A stretch of DNA of 39,730 nucleotides from a bacterium (GCA_049472445.1 JBLIRT010000005.1:1-39730), one strand, 5' to 3'. Counted from the first letter of the stretch, positions 19,360-28,695 are shown. A program made the numbers and translations. Notes: generated by a model from the letters alone, not told the origin.

Positions 19360-20133
19360 ATGAGATTGGGAAAGGTTAAAATTTCATTAGTCATTTTGCT
19401 GTTCCTCATGATCTCACCCTTTGCAGGCCAGATGGGAAAAGGATATGCCTATTACGGCTTAGGTGGATTATACGGCGGCCTTTATGGTGGTTCAGGTGGA
19501 TTATACGGAGGACTATATGGTGGTTTAGGTTTGTATGGCATGGGTGGATTATACGGCGGCCTGATGGGCATGATGGGTGGTTTGTATGGTATGTATGGCG
19601 GCCTCTATGGTGGTGGGCTCACGAGTCCCTTTGGACTGCAAAACATGTACTATTCTATTAATACGGGATCAGGATTAAATTACCAGGTGCCCTTCCTCCA
19701 GATTGCTCCGCTTCTTGGTATGGCCGGTATGTATAATTCCCTTTTCCCGTCCCTGTTTAATCCGGTGGCCGCAGCGGCCGTAGCTGCTGAACAGGCCGGA
19801 ACATGGACGGGTGTCTGGACCGGAGATCTTGTTTCCGGCCCCATAACCCTCAACCTGGTCACTGATCCAATTCTCGGAGTCATAACCGGTTATGTGCAAT
19901 TACTGGGGAATCCGTATTTAGGCTCACTCGTTCCTGTTGATGGAACGGTTTTAAATAGCCAAATATATCTTGATGGATCAGGTTTAGGTATTGGCAGCCA
20001 GACTATTAAGATGGAGATTATCGGTACCCTGACTTCAGCTACGACGATGACAGGTACCTATACCTTGATTAACTCTACTTCAATCATTGGAACCGGTATC
20101 TTTTCGGCTGACCTGACTACTCCTGTAATTTAA
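19360..20133 (+). CDS. Secreted protein with an N-terminal YGGL repeat region and a C-terminal beta-rich domain
   Basis: GAGGAGGAAGG RBS; signal peptide; (YGGL)n / MGGLYG repeats; Ala linker, then AEQAGTWTGVW and a beta-rich domain. Confidence 0.8.
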   Translation: MRLGKVKISLVILLFLMISPFAGQMGKGYAYYGLGGLYGGLYGGSGGLYGGLYGGLGLYGMGGLYGGLMGMMGGLYGMYGGLYGGGLTSPFGLQNMYYSINTGSGLNYQVPFLQIAPLLGMAGMYNSLFPSLFNPVAAAAVAAEQAGTWTGVWTGDLVSGPITLNLVTDPILGVITGYVQLLGNPYLGSLVPVDGTVLNSQIYLDGSGLGIGSQTIKMEIIGTLTSATTMTGTYTLINSTSIIGTGIFSADLTTPVI

Positions 20134-20151
20134 TTGATCGTATCGCTGCAT

Positions 20152-20188
20152 GAGGTGAGGCTTTTGCCTCACCTCGGCTTCCTTTTTT
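20152..20188 (+). terminator. Intrinsic terminator
   Basis: GAGGTGAGGC-tttt-GCCTCACCTC perfect stem with a T-rich tail. Confidence 0.7.
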
Positions 20189-20190
20189 GA

Positions 20191-20252
20191 GGTTTCAGGT
20201 TTCAGTGTTCAGGTTTCAGTTCTTGCCTTTATTAGTTCTGACACCTGACGCC
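20191..20252. repeat. Intergenic heptamer-based palindromic repeat, copy 1
   Basis: GGTTTCAGGTTTCAGTGTTCAGGTTTCAG...CTGACACCTGACGCC; 29 bp identical to the copy at 39510. Confidence 0.8.
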
Positions 20253-20312
20253 TTGTTTGAACGAAAGGCAAAAAGGTATCTTCCCATTCACTAGCTTGGT
20301 TGTGAAAGGGTA

Positions 20313-20651
20313 CTAGGCTGAGACTGAAGCAGGGGAAGAGGACTTATCAGTCGGGGAAGAGGACTTATCGGCCTGAGATCCCTTGGCCTGAGATCCCTTG
20401 ACTTCCGATTCGCTCTTGGCTTCCGGTTTTTTGGTGTCACCTTTTTCGGCGGTTGTCCCCTTTTTCCTGTCTTTTGATGGATAATCTGTTACATACCATC
20501 CATCGCCTTTCAAAACGAAAGAGCACCGTGAGATGAGCCGCTCGACAGATCCGCCACACGTCGGACAGGAACTGAGCGGTGGATCGACGATACGCTGTTC
20601 CGATTCAAAAATAAGCCCACAATTCTTACACTCATATTCATAGGTTGGCAC
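20313..20651 (-). CDS. FmdB-family zinc ribbon protein with a low-complexity tail
   Basis: GTG 20651 after GAAGGAG; PTYEYECKNC...CPTCGG...FVLKGDGWYVTDY; tail contains short tandem duplications (KGSQA x2, DKSSSP x2). Confidence 0.88.
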   Translation of the reverse strand: MPTYEYECKNCGLIFESEQRIVDPPLSSCPTCGGSVERLISRCSFVLKGDGWYVTDYPSKDRKKGTTAEKGDTKKPEAKSESEVKGSQAKGSQADKSSSPTDKSSSPASVSA

Positions 20652-20740
20652 GTCTACTCTCCTTCTGCTGATTTCTCCAACAGCTAACTCCACGTGAGCA
20701 TAATCCCTTTGAAGTGTTATCATGCTCAATTTCAATTCCA

Positions 20741-21334
20741 TCACATACTGATAGATTCAATACTACAAAATTTAATGAAGCCGATGACTACACCGATGAT
20801 GTGTACCCGACTGGCCGGAAAATACCTTAATTTTTCAGTAACAGGATTATAAAATCCTGTTTTTCCGTCTTTTATCTGAAATCTTCGAAAGAGCCGCTTT
20901 CGTTCCAATTCCATGAAAACAATGTCTCCTGAGCTGCAGTCTCTTTCCGTATGAATGATGGCCAAATCTCCCTTTTCTACGCCATACGTCCGTAAACAGG
21001 AACTGGCAACCTGCACCGCATAACAGGATGTTTGATCATTTTTGAGAATCTGAAATCCGCCTTCCTCTTTCCTGTTACTCAACCTGGAGGGAAAGGAAAA
21101 TTCGAGTAAAAGCTTATGGGATGGGTGAGCCATGCTCAGGGAGCGGGCAAGCCCTCCCGACAGATGAATGTAGCCTTTCCTGGCCAAAGCCCTTAAATGA
21201 TCCCTGGCGGTGGCCGTTGATGTCCAGCCGAATTGCTGGCACAGCTCCCGGTAGGTTGGCGTGGGCATTCCTTCATCAATATTTTTGCGAAGGAATTCGA
21301 GCAGATGCTTCTGGATGAGTGTTAAATCCTTCAT
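20741..21334 (-). CDS. LexA-like repressor with a degenerate S24 peptidase domain
   Basis: LTLIQKHLLEFL...PTYRELCQQFGWTSTATARDHLRALARKGYI..GGLARSL winged HTH. The C-domain keeps GDL/GDIV/IIGVVIG but has no AG cleavage site and no GDSM. Confidence 0.8.
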   Translation of the reverse strand: MKDLTLIQKHLLEFLRKNIDEGMPTPTYRELCQQFGWTSTATARDHLRALARKGYIHLSGGLARSLSMAHPSHKLLLEFSFPSRLSNRKEEGGFQILKNDQTSCYAVQVASSCLRTYGVEKGDLAIIHTERDCSSGDIVFMELERKRLFRRFQIKDGKTGFYNPVTEKLRYFPASRVHIIGVVIGFIKFCSIESISM

Positions 21335-21342
21335 AGAGAGAT

Positions 21343-21372
21343 AAAATACCACTCATGAGAGTGGTATGTCAA
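21343..21372 (-). promoter_or_regulatory. sigma70 promoter with an embedded 9-bp inverted repeat (candidate operator)
   Basis: Minus strand TTGACA-18 nt-TATTTT with an extended TG; ATACCACTC-N4-GAGTGGTAT at 21346-21367. Confidence 0.65.
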
Positions 21373-21379
21373 GAAAAAA

Positions 21380-24217
21380 TTATTTGACAGCCTCTATGAA
21401 GCAGAATCCAAGGTTGCTGTCATTCTCTTCGGGAGGAGTCAGGTATCTTTTTGTACTCTCATAAGGAGTGGCATATACATAGTCGGAATATTCGCTTTCG
21501 GTGCCGTAGATGTTATAGGCTGTAACCTTCAGGACATAGGTGGTACCATTAACCAAGCCCTCAACCTTATAGAAGGTTTTATAACCGGCGTCTCTTCGCA
21601 CACTGGGATCCTGGCGGCTGGTTTCAATATCATTTTCCGTTCGGTAATAGACATAATAACCAACGACCTCCGGATCATCGGCGGGGTTCCAGGTAAGAAG
21701 GATACTTGCATTCTCAGCAGTGCCTATTAAGCGTGTCGGAATATCAGGGGCCTGACTGATGCCACGGTTTCCAAATATCTCTTTAATCCTGGCCTTATGT
21801 ATTCCCCCATACATTTCCTGATCCTGCATCAATACTGACACCAAAAAATCGGCAAGGGTTGTATCTCCATTATATCGAGCAAAATGAAAAAGAGTATCTG
21901 CAACTTCTGAGCCTAATTCTCTCCGAACATCCCACATGGCACCGGACAGGATTAAGCTGTTGGCATAGGGATCATCCCCGTAATCATCAGGGTATTTAAA
22001 AGAATTGTCCAAATTGCGTATATACGAATGTCCTATCCAAAGATCCCCATCGCCAATCAAAGGATCATCATTGAGAGTGGCAGCCCAATAATCTGAAAAA
22101 GCTTCATGAATAGCATCCAGTTCTGTTGTTATGATACGATTTTGCGTAGATGTATCACTATCATCGGTGGTTATATCTGTTGGGGAATTTCCTGACACCG
22201 GAATAAAGCCTGAAACCGGAATAAAATGGGAATAAAAGCTCTCGGTCAGGGCGTGAGTATATTCATGATAGATGATGTCTGAAAACAAAGCGAAGTTACG
22301 GTATCCATCCGCCTTGTTGTCTCCACCCCCCAAATAGATTCTATGGTCCGGAGACCAGTAGGCATTATTATAATCATCACCCCAATTGATGAAAACTTTT
22401 ATCGGCCCCTTTTGATCCATTGCTCCAAATTCAGGCTCAATACTTTCCATGTATTGAATCATCCGATTGATATGATAATAAGCATTCAATTCACCATAGC
22501 TGCCTGAGAGGTTGTCATTATTGGGATCCTGGGGATCAAGGGAATGATCGATAACATAATCTGAGGGAATATCTTCAAACACATAGAATGGATCGCGAGT
22601 ATTCTCATTGAAGACCTGGACATATTTACCGGCCAGCCTGGCTGTGACAGTGTTCTTTACCCATTCGGAAGAAAAGGTGAATTCCCCATTGGGATCAGTA
22701 TACGAAGAGACACTTTCCGCTATTTCCACATCATCGATGTTCCAGCCGCAGAAGACTCCGGAGCTGTCAGTTGGGCCCATACACCATCGTACATATATAA
22801 TCTGATTATCAGCATACCGGGAAATATCAAAGGTTTGCAGGTTCCATCCATACCAGGTACTATTCAGGCTGTTATAGACGCCATCATCAACCTGGTTCAT
22901 ACCATTGGACCAGAGAGTGGTCCAGATGATTCCATCGTAAGAGATATCTATTGAGGCACGATCAAAATAGCCATATCTATCCAACTCATCACCGCTGTAT
23001 TCTTTAGAGACACCCAACCAGCGCCAGAATCTCAAGACTAATCCGGATTTATTGAGGCAATTGATAGGATTAGTGGTCAGATATTTAGGTCTCATGAAAT
23101 CGGAATAATCGCCCGTTAGATTATAGCCGTAGACATTCAACCCTGTATGTCCTGAGCCTGGGTCAGGTGCCCCGGAGTGCCCCGGCGTATTGAGGTTCAT
23201 CAGGTTGGCAGGAGTCGGCTGGCCATACTGCCACAAGCCCTCCACCTGCCACCCTGGATCACTATCCAGGAATTCCTGATATACCGGCTCGCTTTTATTC
23301 AGTAAATACACTTTCTGGTTACTGAGGGTTACTCTCACTGGCGCATCGTTGTAGTATCGGGGCAGGATCATGCCTTGAATTCGACCGGATATAGCGGGGC
23401 GGGACCAATTATACCGGAAAAGCAGTTCTCCTGTCCGTGCATCCACAAGGTATCGCCACACATCCTTTTCAACTACCCAGGCCAGATGGTACTCCAAGTC
23501 GTCATCAACATAAAAGGGGAAAATTACCAGGCTGGTTGTATTATTCATGCCTTGAGAAGTCAGGTTCAAGTCCTGATTCACTACCCTTTGAGCTTCGGTC
23601 TCGTCAATGAGAGGAATCACTTCAAGAGAAATGTCCGGATAGGTATCCGCTCCGAAAGCCAGCAACTGGTACATCTCATCAAAGCGAAGCCCTATTCGAC
23701 TTCCATATACCGGGATATTTCGATATCTTTGTTGAAAATCCAGATACCAGATTCCTCCTCTTTTGTTGATTCTGGTAAGATAGATCTCAGAATCTCCGAG
23801 CCGAAAGAGCTCTTTATTTTCTTCGATGAACTGTTCAGCATAGTTCACCAACTCCTCCTGGCCCCATACCAAAGGCCGCCATAATCCTTCTAACGGAGAA
23901 AAGCTCTTTCGCACCACCCGATGAGGAACCTTGGTTGTTTTATTCCAGGTGGCCTGCCACTCAGAGCCATACCTCCTTAAAAATTCGTGCCAAGATTTAT
24001 CTTTTGCTTCTTCAGAAATCTTTCGAACAGCAGTGCGTTGCCTGATTTTTTTTCCTGTCAGATAGGTATCGTGCCGGACATTCTCATAGGACAAAAAAGC
24101 CAAGGCCTTACTTGTAAAAAAAGGTATGCTCTCTAAAATAACTACTGAAAGAAGTATTAAGATATTTAAAAAAGCTGCATTTTTACGTATATCAGATTGG
24201 CCATATATTCGTTTCAT
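21380..24217 (-). CDS. Secreted M4/M36-like zinc metallopeptidase: FTP/PepSY propeptide, inserted beta-sandwich domain, FN3 domain, CFI-box-type C-terminus
   Basis: FQQRYRNIPVYG, YLVDARTGELL, NNAYW, HEYTH, AIHEAFSD, FN3 (LTWNP..VGYYVYY...GLVNGTTY.LKVTAYN), ends LGFCFIEAVK. Confidence 0.85.
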   Translation of the reverse strand: MKRIYGQSDIRKNAAFLNILILLSVVILESIPFFTSKALAFLSYENVRHDTYLTGKKIRQRTAVRKISEEAKDKSWHEFLRRYGSEWQATWNKTTKVPHRVVRKSFSPLEGLWRPLVWGQEELVNYAEQFIEENKELFRLGDSEIYLTRINKRGGIWYLDFQQRYRNIPVYGSRIGLRFDEMYQLLAFGADTYPDISLEVIPLIDETEAQRVVNQDLNLTSQGMNNTTSLVIFPFYVDDDLEYHLAWVVEKDVWRYLVDARTGELLFRYNWSRPAISGRIQGMILPRYYNDAPVRVTLSNQKVYLLNKSEPVYQEFLDSDPGWQVEGLWQYGQPTPANLMNLNTPGHSGAPDPGSGHTGLNVYGYNLTGDYSDFMRPKYLTTNPINCLNKSGLVLRFWRWLGVSKEYSGDELDRYGYFDRASIDISYDGIIWTTLWSNGMNQVDDGVYNSLNSTWYGWNLQTFDISRYADNQIIYVRWCMGPTDSSGVFCGWNIDDVEIAESVSSYTDPNGEFTFSSEWVKNTVTARLAGKYVQVFNENTRDPFYVFEDIPSDYVIDHSLDPQDPNNDNLSGSYGELNAYYHINRMIQYMESIEPEFGAMDQKGPIKVFINWGDDYNNAYWSPDHRIYLGGGDNKADGYRNFALFSDIIYHEYTHALTESFYSHFIPVSGFIPVSGNSPTDITTDDSDTSTQNRIITTELDAIHEAFSDYWAATLNDDPLIGDGDLWIGHSYIRNLDNSFKYPDDYGDDPYANSLILSGAMWDVRRELGSEVADTLFHFARYNGDTTLADFLVSVLMQDQEMYGGIHKARIKEIFGNRGISQAPDIPTRLIGTAENASILLTWNPADDPEVVGYYVYYRTENDIETSRQDPSVRRDAGYKTFYKVEGLVNGTTYVLKVTAYNIYGTESEYSDYVYATPYESTKRYLTPPEENDSNLGFCFIEAVK

Positions 24218-24372
24218 AATGTACTCCCCCTTTTAATTTTCAGGATCTTGAGGATCTATCCATCCTGATAGCCCTTACCTGCATGAGCTTCCCCCGATAA
24301 AAATCTCTCATGTATGGAAATCCTGGTGGATAGAGTTATGTGTGGAGATTCGGCCTTCTCAGATTTGGATGA

Positions 24373-24390
24373 TAGCAAGTTAGATGCCAA
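24373..24390 (-). promoter_or_regulatory. sigma54 (-24/-12) promoter for the peptidase gene
   Basis: Minus strand TTGGCATCTAACTTGCTA, near-consensus TGGCA-N6-TTGC. Confidence 0.75.
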
Positions 24391-24492
24391 TGGTAAGTAA
24401 TAAAATACCCTGTGAGATCATAGGAATTGTGCTGATAATTGGTTGATATGTTACATCGGAGGTGTTCACAAAAGGTGGGCCTTGCACCACAT

Positions 24493-24511
24493 GTATTGCA
24501 GCCTTGAAACA
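24493..24511 (-). promoter_or_regulatory. Candidate enhancer (UAS), copy A
   Basis: Minus strand TGTTTCA-AGGC-TGCAATAC, about 105 bp upstream of the -24 GG; same motif at 28569. Confidence 0.65.
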
Positions 24512-24598
24512 TAGGGAATGAAGAGGATTATTGAGAAAAGAATGCAGAAGGGGAGACCATCGGCAGCATAGTGCTTTGGCGAAAGGATTGAATAAACG

Positions 24599-27451
24599 CT
24601 AGCCGGCCATTACCTCCAAATTCTCCGGTTTCGATATCTTATGCCTCTTCATCTTTCGCCACAGGGTTGTCCGGCTGATACTCAGTTTCATAGCTGCCCT
24701 GGAGATATTCCATTGACAATTCTCCAAGGTATCAAGCAGAGTTGATTTTTCAGTACCTGTCATTAATTCCTGCATGGAAGGGGTTTTTTCCATTTCAAAG
24801 ACAGGATCAAGGTTGGTTATTTCTGCCGGGAGATCCCTCACCTTAATTTCCAGATCACGGCAGCGGATGACTGCATATTCTATCGTATTTTCCAACTGGC
24901 GAACATTCCCGGGCCAGTCATATTCCCACAATATATTTAAGGCCTTCTGAGAGATACCTTTAATCTGTTTCCCGATTTTGGTATTCATCTTTTGAATAAA
25001 ATGCTCTGCCAGCAAAGGAATATCTTCTTTTCTCTCCCGTAAGGAGGGAACAGTGATCGGCACCACGTTCAGGCGGTAATACAAGTCCTCCCGGAACGTT
25101 CCCCTGGCTACAGCATCTTTCAAATCCTTATTGGTAGCTGCAATAATTCGAACATCGATCTTAATCCTTTCTCTGCCTCCCACTCTTACAATTTCCCGTT
25201 CCTGGACAACCCGAAGCAATTTGATTTGCTCATTCAGGTTGATATCCCCAATCTCATCGAGAAAAATGGTCCCCCCATTGGCCTGCTCAAAGCGGCCCGG
25301 TTTATCACTGATAGCGCCGGTAAAGGCTCCCTTGACATGTCCAAACAGTTCACTCTCCAGCAAGTGCTCAGACAGCACCGAGCACGTCACCTCAACAAAG
25401 GGATAATCACACCGGGGGCTGTGGTAGTGAATGGCCTGGGCGATCAATTCTTTTCCCGTTCCGCTTTCACCTTTCAACAGCACCGTACTGTTATTTTGAG
25501 AGACGGTATTGATCAGATCGTAGATTTCCAGCATCTTCATACCGTTGCCGATGATGTTGCCAAACTGGTATGTCTTTATCTTAGCTTCCGATCTTCTTTC
25601 CTGCCAATCCCGCAGTTGCTCCTCCAGCCTCTTTCTTTCGGAAATATCCCGGCCGATGCCCATGATTTGGGTTATTTCTCCCTTTTTCCCCAGGAATGGC
25701 GTCTCATTAATTTCCAGAAAAATCTTTTTGCCATCCCTGGTCAAAAATTCAGTCCAATAAGGCTCAAGAGGCTCCCCCCTGGTACATAGCCGAATAGGTG
25801 ATTCCATAAAGCTTTGGTTAATCGGGTTTGAACTGAGAATTTTTTCTTCAGGGAGACTCTTGAATTCCTCCGGCGAGTATCCAAGGATACGCTGAACCGC
25901 ATGGCTGACAAAGGTAATGGCACCCTGAGGGTTACGGATAAAAATCAAGTCATTGGTTGTATTGATCAGGGTATTTAATTTATCCCGCTCTTCCTTGATT
26001 TCTCGCTCTGCCTCTGTTTTTTCCCGAATGTCCCGGGCGATGCCGACAATTTCCAAAAGGTGCTGTTCTTCATCCAGCATGGGCCATCCTAAAAAGCTGA
26101 CAGGAATGGTTTCGCCGGATTTCGTGACCATGGCACAGGAATGATCATCGATTACTCCTCTTTGAGCGATAGTATCGAGATCTATCTCTTTCAAGGGGCA
26201 ATTCTTTTGAAAGAGACAATCAAATGGCTTGCCTATCAATTCATCTCTCTCATACCCTAATATCTTCAAGGTAGCCTGGTTGACAAAGGTGATTCTTTGC
26301 TCGGGCGAAATAATGATCAGAAGGTCGTGGATGGTGTTAATAATGGAGTGAAAATAATTTTTGGAAATCAAGGTACGCTGTAGATTTTCATTCATGGCAT
26401 TGAAAGCCTTCGATAGGGTTATGAGCTCCTTGTGGGAGTCTATTTCCTCTCTGGTGGTCAAATCTCCTGCCGACACACGATGAGTGGCTTGAATTAATTG
26501 CTCAATGGGGCTGGTTATTCCCTTACTGATGAGGAAGCCGAGGAAGAGAAGTAACGTTCCTCCTATGATGCCGGCCCACAGCAGTTTCAGAATAATTTTT
26601 CTGAGGCTTTTCTTTTTATCCTGCAGGCTTGAGGCAAGCATGAGAGTTCCCACGGTTTGTCCCCGGATGTCTTGAAAAGGAAAAGAAAGCGCATGATACT
26701 GGGTGTCGTAGATATAAATCTGCTCGAAGGCCTGTGGTGATTTTTTCCTGGCCTGAAGAATGCTTTCCTGGATTTCCGGCGGAATGGAGAGTGACTCGCC
26801 TGCTTTGGTGGGAATAGTACTGAAAATAGCCTTGACACCTTTAAAAATCAAAACATCCAGGCCGGTCAGCCGGTGTATTTTTCTAAAAAAATCATCACCG
26901 AGAAAACGGATGGCGGATACATATCCCATGATTACACCCGGAGAATGATAAACAGGAGAGATTATTTTCAAGATAAAACCCTGACCTGTATTGCCAAATC
27001 CGAAAATATCCCCGGTAATTTCCCCTTTTCCAATCAGGCCCTGGAATTCACGTATCTCTTCTGCCCTTTGATTGAGCGGGGAATTCTGCTGAGCCACTAA
27101 TTTTCCCCTCTCATCAAAGAGGGCGATGAGATCAAGGTCGAGATCATGTTGCCACCTGGACAGATGAGCAGAAAATTCCTTCCGGTCTTCCCTCATATTC
27201 TGCAAGATATCCGGAAAAATGGCACTGGACATACAACGTAACATCTGTTTCAGATGGTGTATCTCGTCAGGCAGAAGCTCTTTCTCCAGGAATTGTATTT
27301 GGGCCGCTATTCTCTTATTTATGGCCTTATCAAGTTCCTGGTCAACTATTTTTGTTTCCATACCCATATGAGTCAGAAAGAGAGTAAGAAATACCAGGAG
27401 AAAGGGGATTAAAATGCCTTTCAATATGGTATTCGGCTTCTTTTTATCCAT
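24599..27451 (-). CDS. Membrane-anchored one-component sigma54 activator (TM, extracytoplasmic Cache-like sensor, TM, HAMP, PAS, PAS, AAA+, Fis-type HTH)
   Basis: Two TM helices, HAMP (ITSPIEQL...GDL...EL..LSKAFNAM), two PAS domains ending RDI, GESGTGKE, ESELFGHVKGAFTGA, FLDEIG, FREDLYYRL, WPGNVRQL, HTH ISRTTLWRKM. No receiver or kinase domain. Confidence 0.94.
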   Translation of the reverse strand: MDKKKPNTILKGILIPFLLVFLTLFLTHMGMETKIVDQELDKAINKRIAAQIQFLEKELLPDEIHHLKQMLRCMSSAIFPDILQNMREDRKEFSAHLSRWQHDLDLDLIALFDERGKLVAQQNSPLNQRAEEIREFQGLIGKGEITGDIFGFGNTGQGFILKIISPVYHSPGVIMGYVSAIRFLGDDFFRKIHRLTGLDVLIFKGVKAIFSTIPTKAGESLSIPPEIQESILQARKKSPQAFEQIYIYDTQYHALSFPFQDIRGQTVGTLMLASSLQDKKKSLRKIILKLLWAGIIGGTLLLFLGFLISKGITSPIEQLIQATHRVSAGDLTTREEIDSHKELITLSKAFNAMNENLQRTLISKNYFHSIINTIHDLLIIISPEQRITFVNQATLKILGYERDELIGKPFDCLFQKNCPLKEIDLDTIAQRGVIDDHSCAMVTKSGETIPVSFLGWPMLDEEQHLLEIVGIARDIREKTEAEREIKEERDKLNTLINTTNDLIFIRNPQGAITFVSHAVQRILGYSPEEFKSLPEEKILSSNPINQSFMESPIRLCTRGEPLEPYWTEFLTRDGKKIFLEINETPFLGKKGEITQIMGIGRDISERKRLEEQLRDWQERRSEAKIKTYQFGNIIGNGMKMLEIYDLINTVSQNNSTVLLKGESGTGKELIAQAIHYHSPRCDYPFVEVTCSVLSEHLLESELFGHVKGAFTGAISDKPGRFEQANGGTIFLDEIGDINLNEQIKLLRVVQEREIVRVGGRERIKIDVRIIAATNKDLKDAVARGTFREDLYYRLNVVPITVPSLRERKEDIPLLAEHFIQKMNTKIGKQIKGISQKALNILWEYDWPGNVRQLENTIEYAVIRCRDLEIKVRDLPAEITNLDPVFEMEKTPSMQELMTGTEKSTLLDTLENCQWNISRAAMKLSISRTTLWRKMKRHKISKPENLEVMAG

Positions 27452-28440
27452 TATACCTCTTCAATTCCTGCCTTTTCATTCAAAACTGAAACCTGACTAC
27501 CCTCTGCACCTTTCGAGGACAGAATGCCTACCCCTGAAAAACAGAGGAGAAAGGTAGCCATCGTGCCAAAGGTCCCTCCAAGGATTTTGGCCAGCTTTTG
27601 ATTCTTGATACCAGGAAGATGATAGTCCGGGATTGGCGCATGATAGGGGGCTATAATCTGAGGTGAGTTTACCTGAACACGGTTTAGGGCAAACTTTTTC
27701 AATCCGTCAGCAGATCTGGAAGCACAGGGTGAAATAACCAGACTAATCAGCAAGGCCATACTGAGCAGGACATAGGCTGTCTTCCGGGATGATCTTAATG
27801 AGTCCTGGCCTTGATAATGAGGGCCTCTTGGAGCCAGGAGCCGGAAACAACCCAGAAGAAAAACGGTCAGAATCCCTTCGGCAATTCCAACTTCTACATG
27901 AGGGCCCAGCATAGGGCTGATAGTGCCTGAAAATTTTTCAATTTCACAGATGGCTAACATTCCGCAGACTGTCAAGCTGGTAATTAACAGGGTGAGCCAG
28001 GCTGAAAGAAACGCACTCAGGTAGCTGCCATACGGCTCAATGACCAGGTTTTTCAGCAGTGAGTAAAGATAGTATCCTCCGAAGGTACTGACGCAAACAA
28101 TAGTCAGCAAATTGGGTCCGAAGGCCATGATCCCACCATCTTGAAAAATAAGGACCTGGATAATGTGGGCAAGTGTCATGACTATGGTGGCCAGGTAAGG
28201 GCCAAGGACAAGAGAGGCAAAAACACCTCCCATAAAGTGACAGGAAGAGCCGCGAGTTACTTCAAAATTAGCCATTTCCAGGGCAAAACAAAAGGCTCCT
28301 ATAGAGCCGGCTAATAAGACCTCATGGGTGGTATCTACCTTTTTCCAGATTTTCTTCAGGCTGTAAGCCAGAACTCCCCCACAGGCCAGATCCATAACCA
28401 GACAAAGGCCGTTACTATAGAATCCATCCGGAGCATGCAT
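27451..28440 (-). CDS. CbiM/NikM-like ECF S-component fused to a PDGLE-like domain
   Basis: ATG 28440 gives MHAPDGF; SCHFMGG, QVLIFQDGGIMAFGPN, HVEVGIAEGILT; ASRSADGLK...APIPDY (PDGLE-like). The stop overlaps the activator start (TAATG). Confidence 0.85.
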   Translation of the reverse strand: MHAPDGFYSNGLCLVMDLACGGVLAYSLKKIWKKVDTTHEVLLAGSIGAFCFALEMANFEVTRGSSCHFMGGVFASLVLGPYLATIVMTLAHIIQVLIFQDGGIMAFGPNLLTIVCVSTFGGYYLYSLLKNLVIEPYGSYLSAFLSAWLTLLITSLTVCGMLAICEIEKFSGTISPMLGPHVEVGIAEGILTVFLLGCFRLLAPRGPHYQGQDSLRSSRKTAYVLLSMALLISLVISPCASRSADGLKKFALNRVQVNSPQIIAPYHAPIPDYHLPGIKNQKLAKILGGTFGTMATFLLCFSGVGILSSKGAEGSQVSVLNEKAGIEEV

Positions 28441-28568
28441 TATTGGTGTGGCCCTCTCTTTCCTGAAATGAAAAGGTGTGTTGCACAGGAGGCTCATTTA
28501 TTTTATTCGGCAGGAACATGCTTTTTCATAAGGAAATCCTTTCAATTTTTACCTCTTGATCGTTTCTT

Positions 28569-28587
28569 TGTTTCAGAGATGCAATAC
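28569..28587 (+). promoter_or_regulatory. Candidate enhancer (UAS), copy B
   Basis: TGTTTCA-GAGA-TGCAATAC, about 111 bp upstream of the -24 GG; further TGAAAC half-sites at 28608-28620. Confidence 0.65.
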
Positions 28588-28695
28588 CTCGAACATATCC
28601 TTTTGAAACATGAAACCAGGTACATTGGTTATGGCTTTTTGGGAATACCTTACCTTTTTTGATTACCCTGTGTGCCGGGCACCCAGGTCATCCTT

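Noticed and set aside
20191-20252. CRISPR array from the 7-mer repeats (also at 39510)
   Set aside because: There are no unique spacers between constant 25-40 bp repeats and no cas genes; the element is a short palindrome.
20741-21352. Canonical SOS repressor lexA
   Set aside because: The cleavage site and Ser/Lys dyad are not conserved, so the gene symbol is withheld.
28441-28497. N-terminal extension of the CbiM-like ORF given in the ORF track
   Set aside because: The family requires Met-His at the N-terminus, which places the start at 28440.
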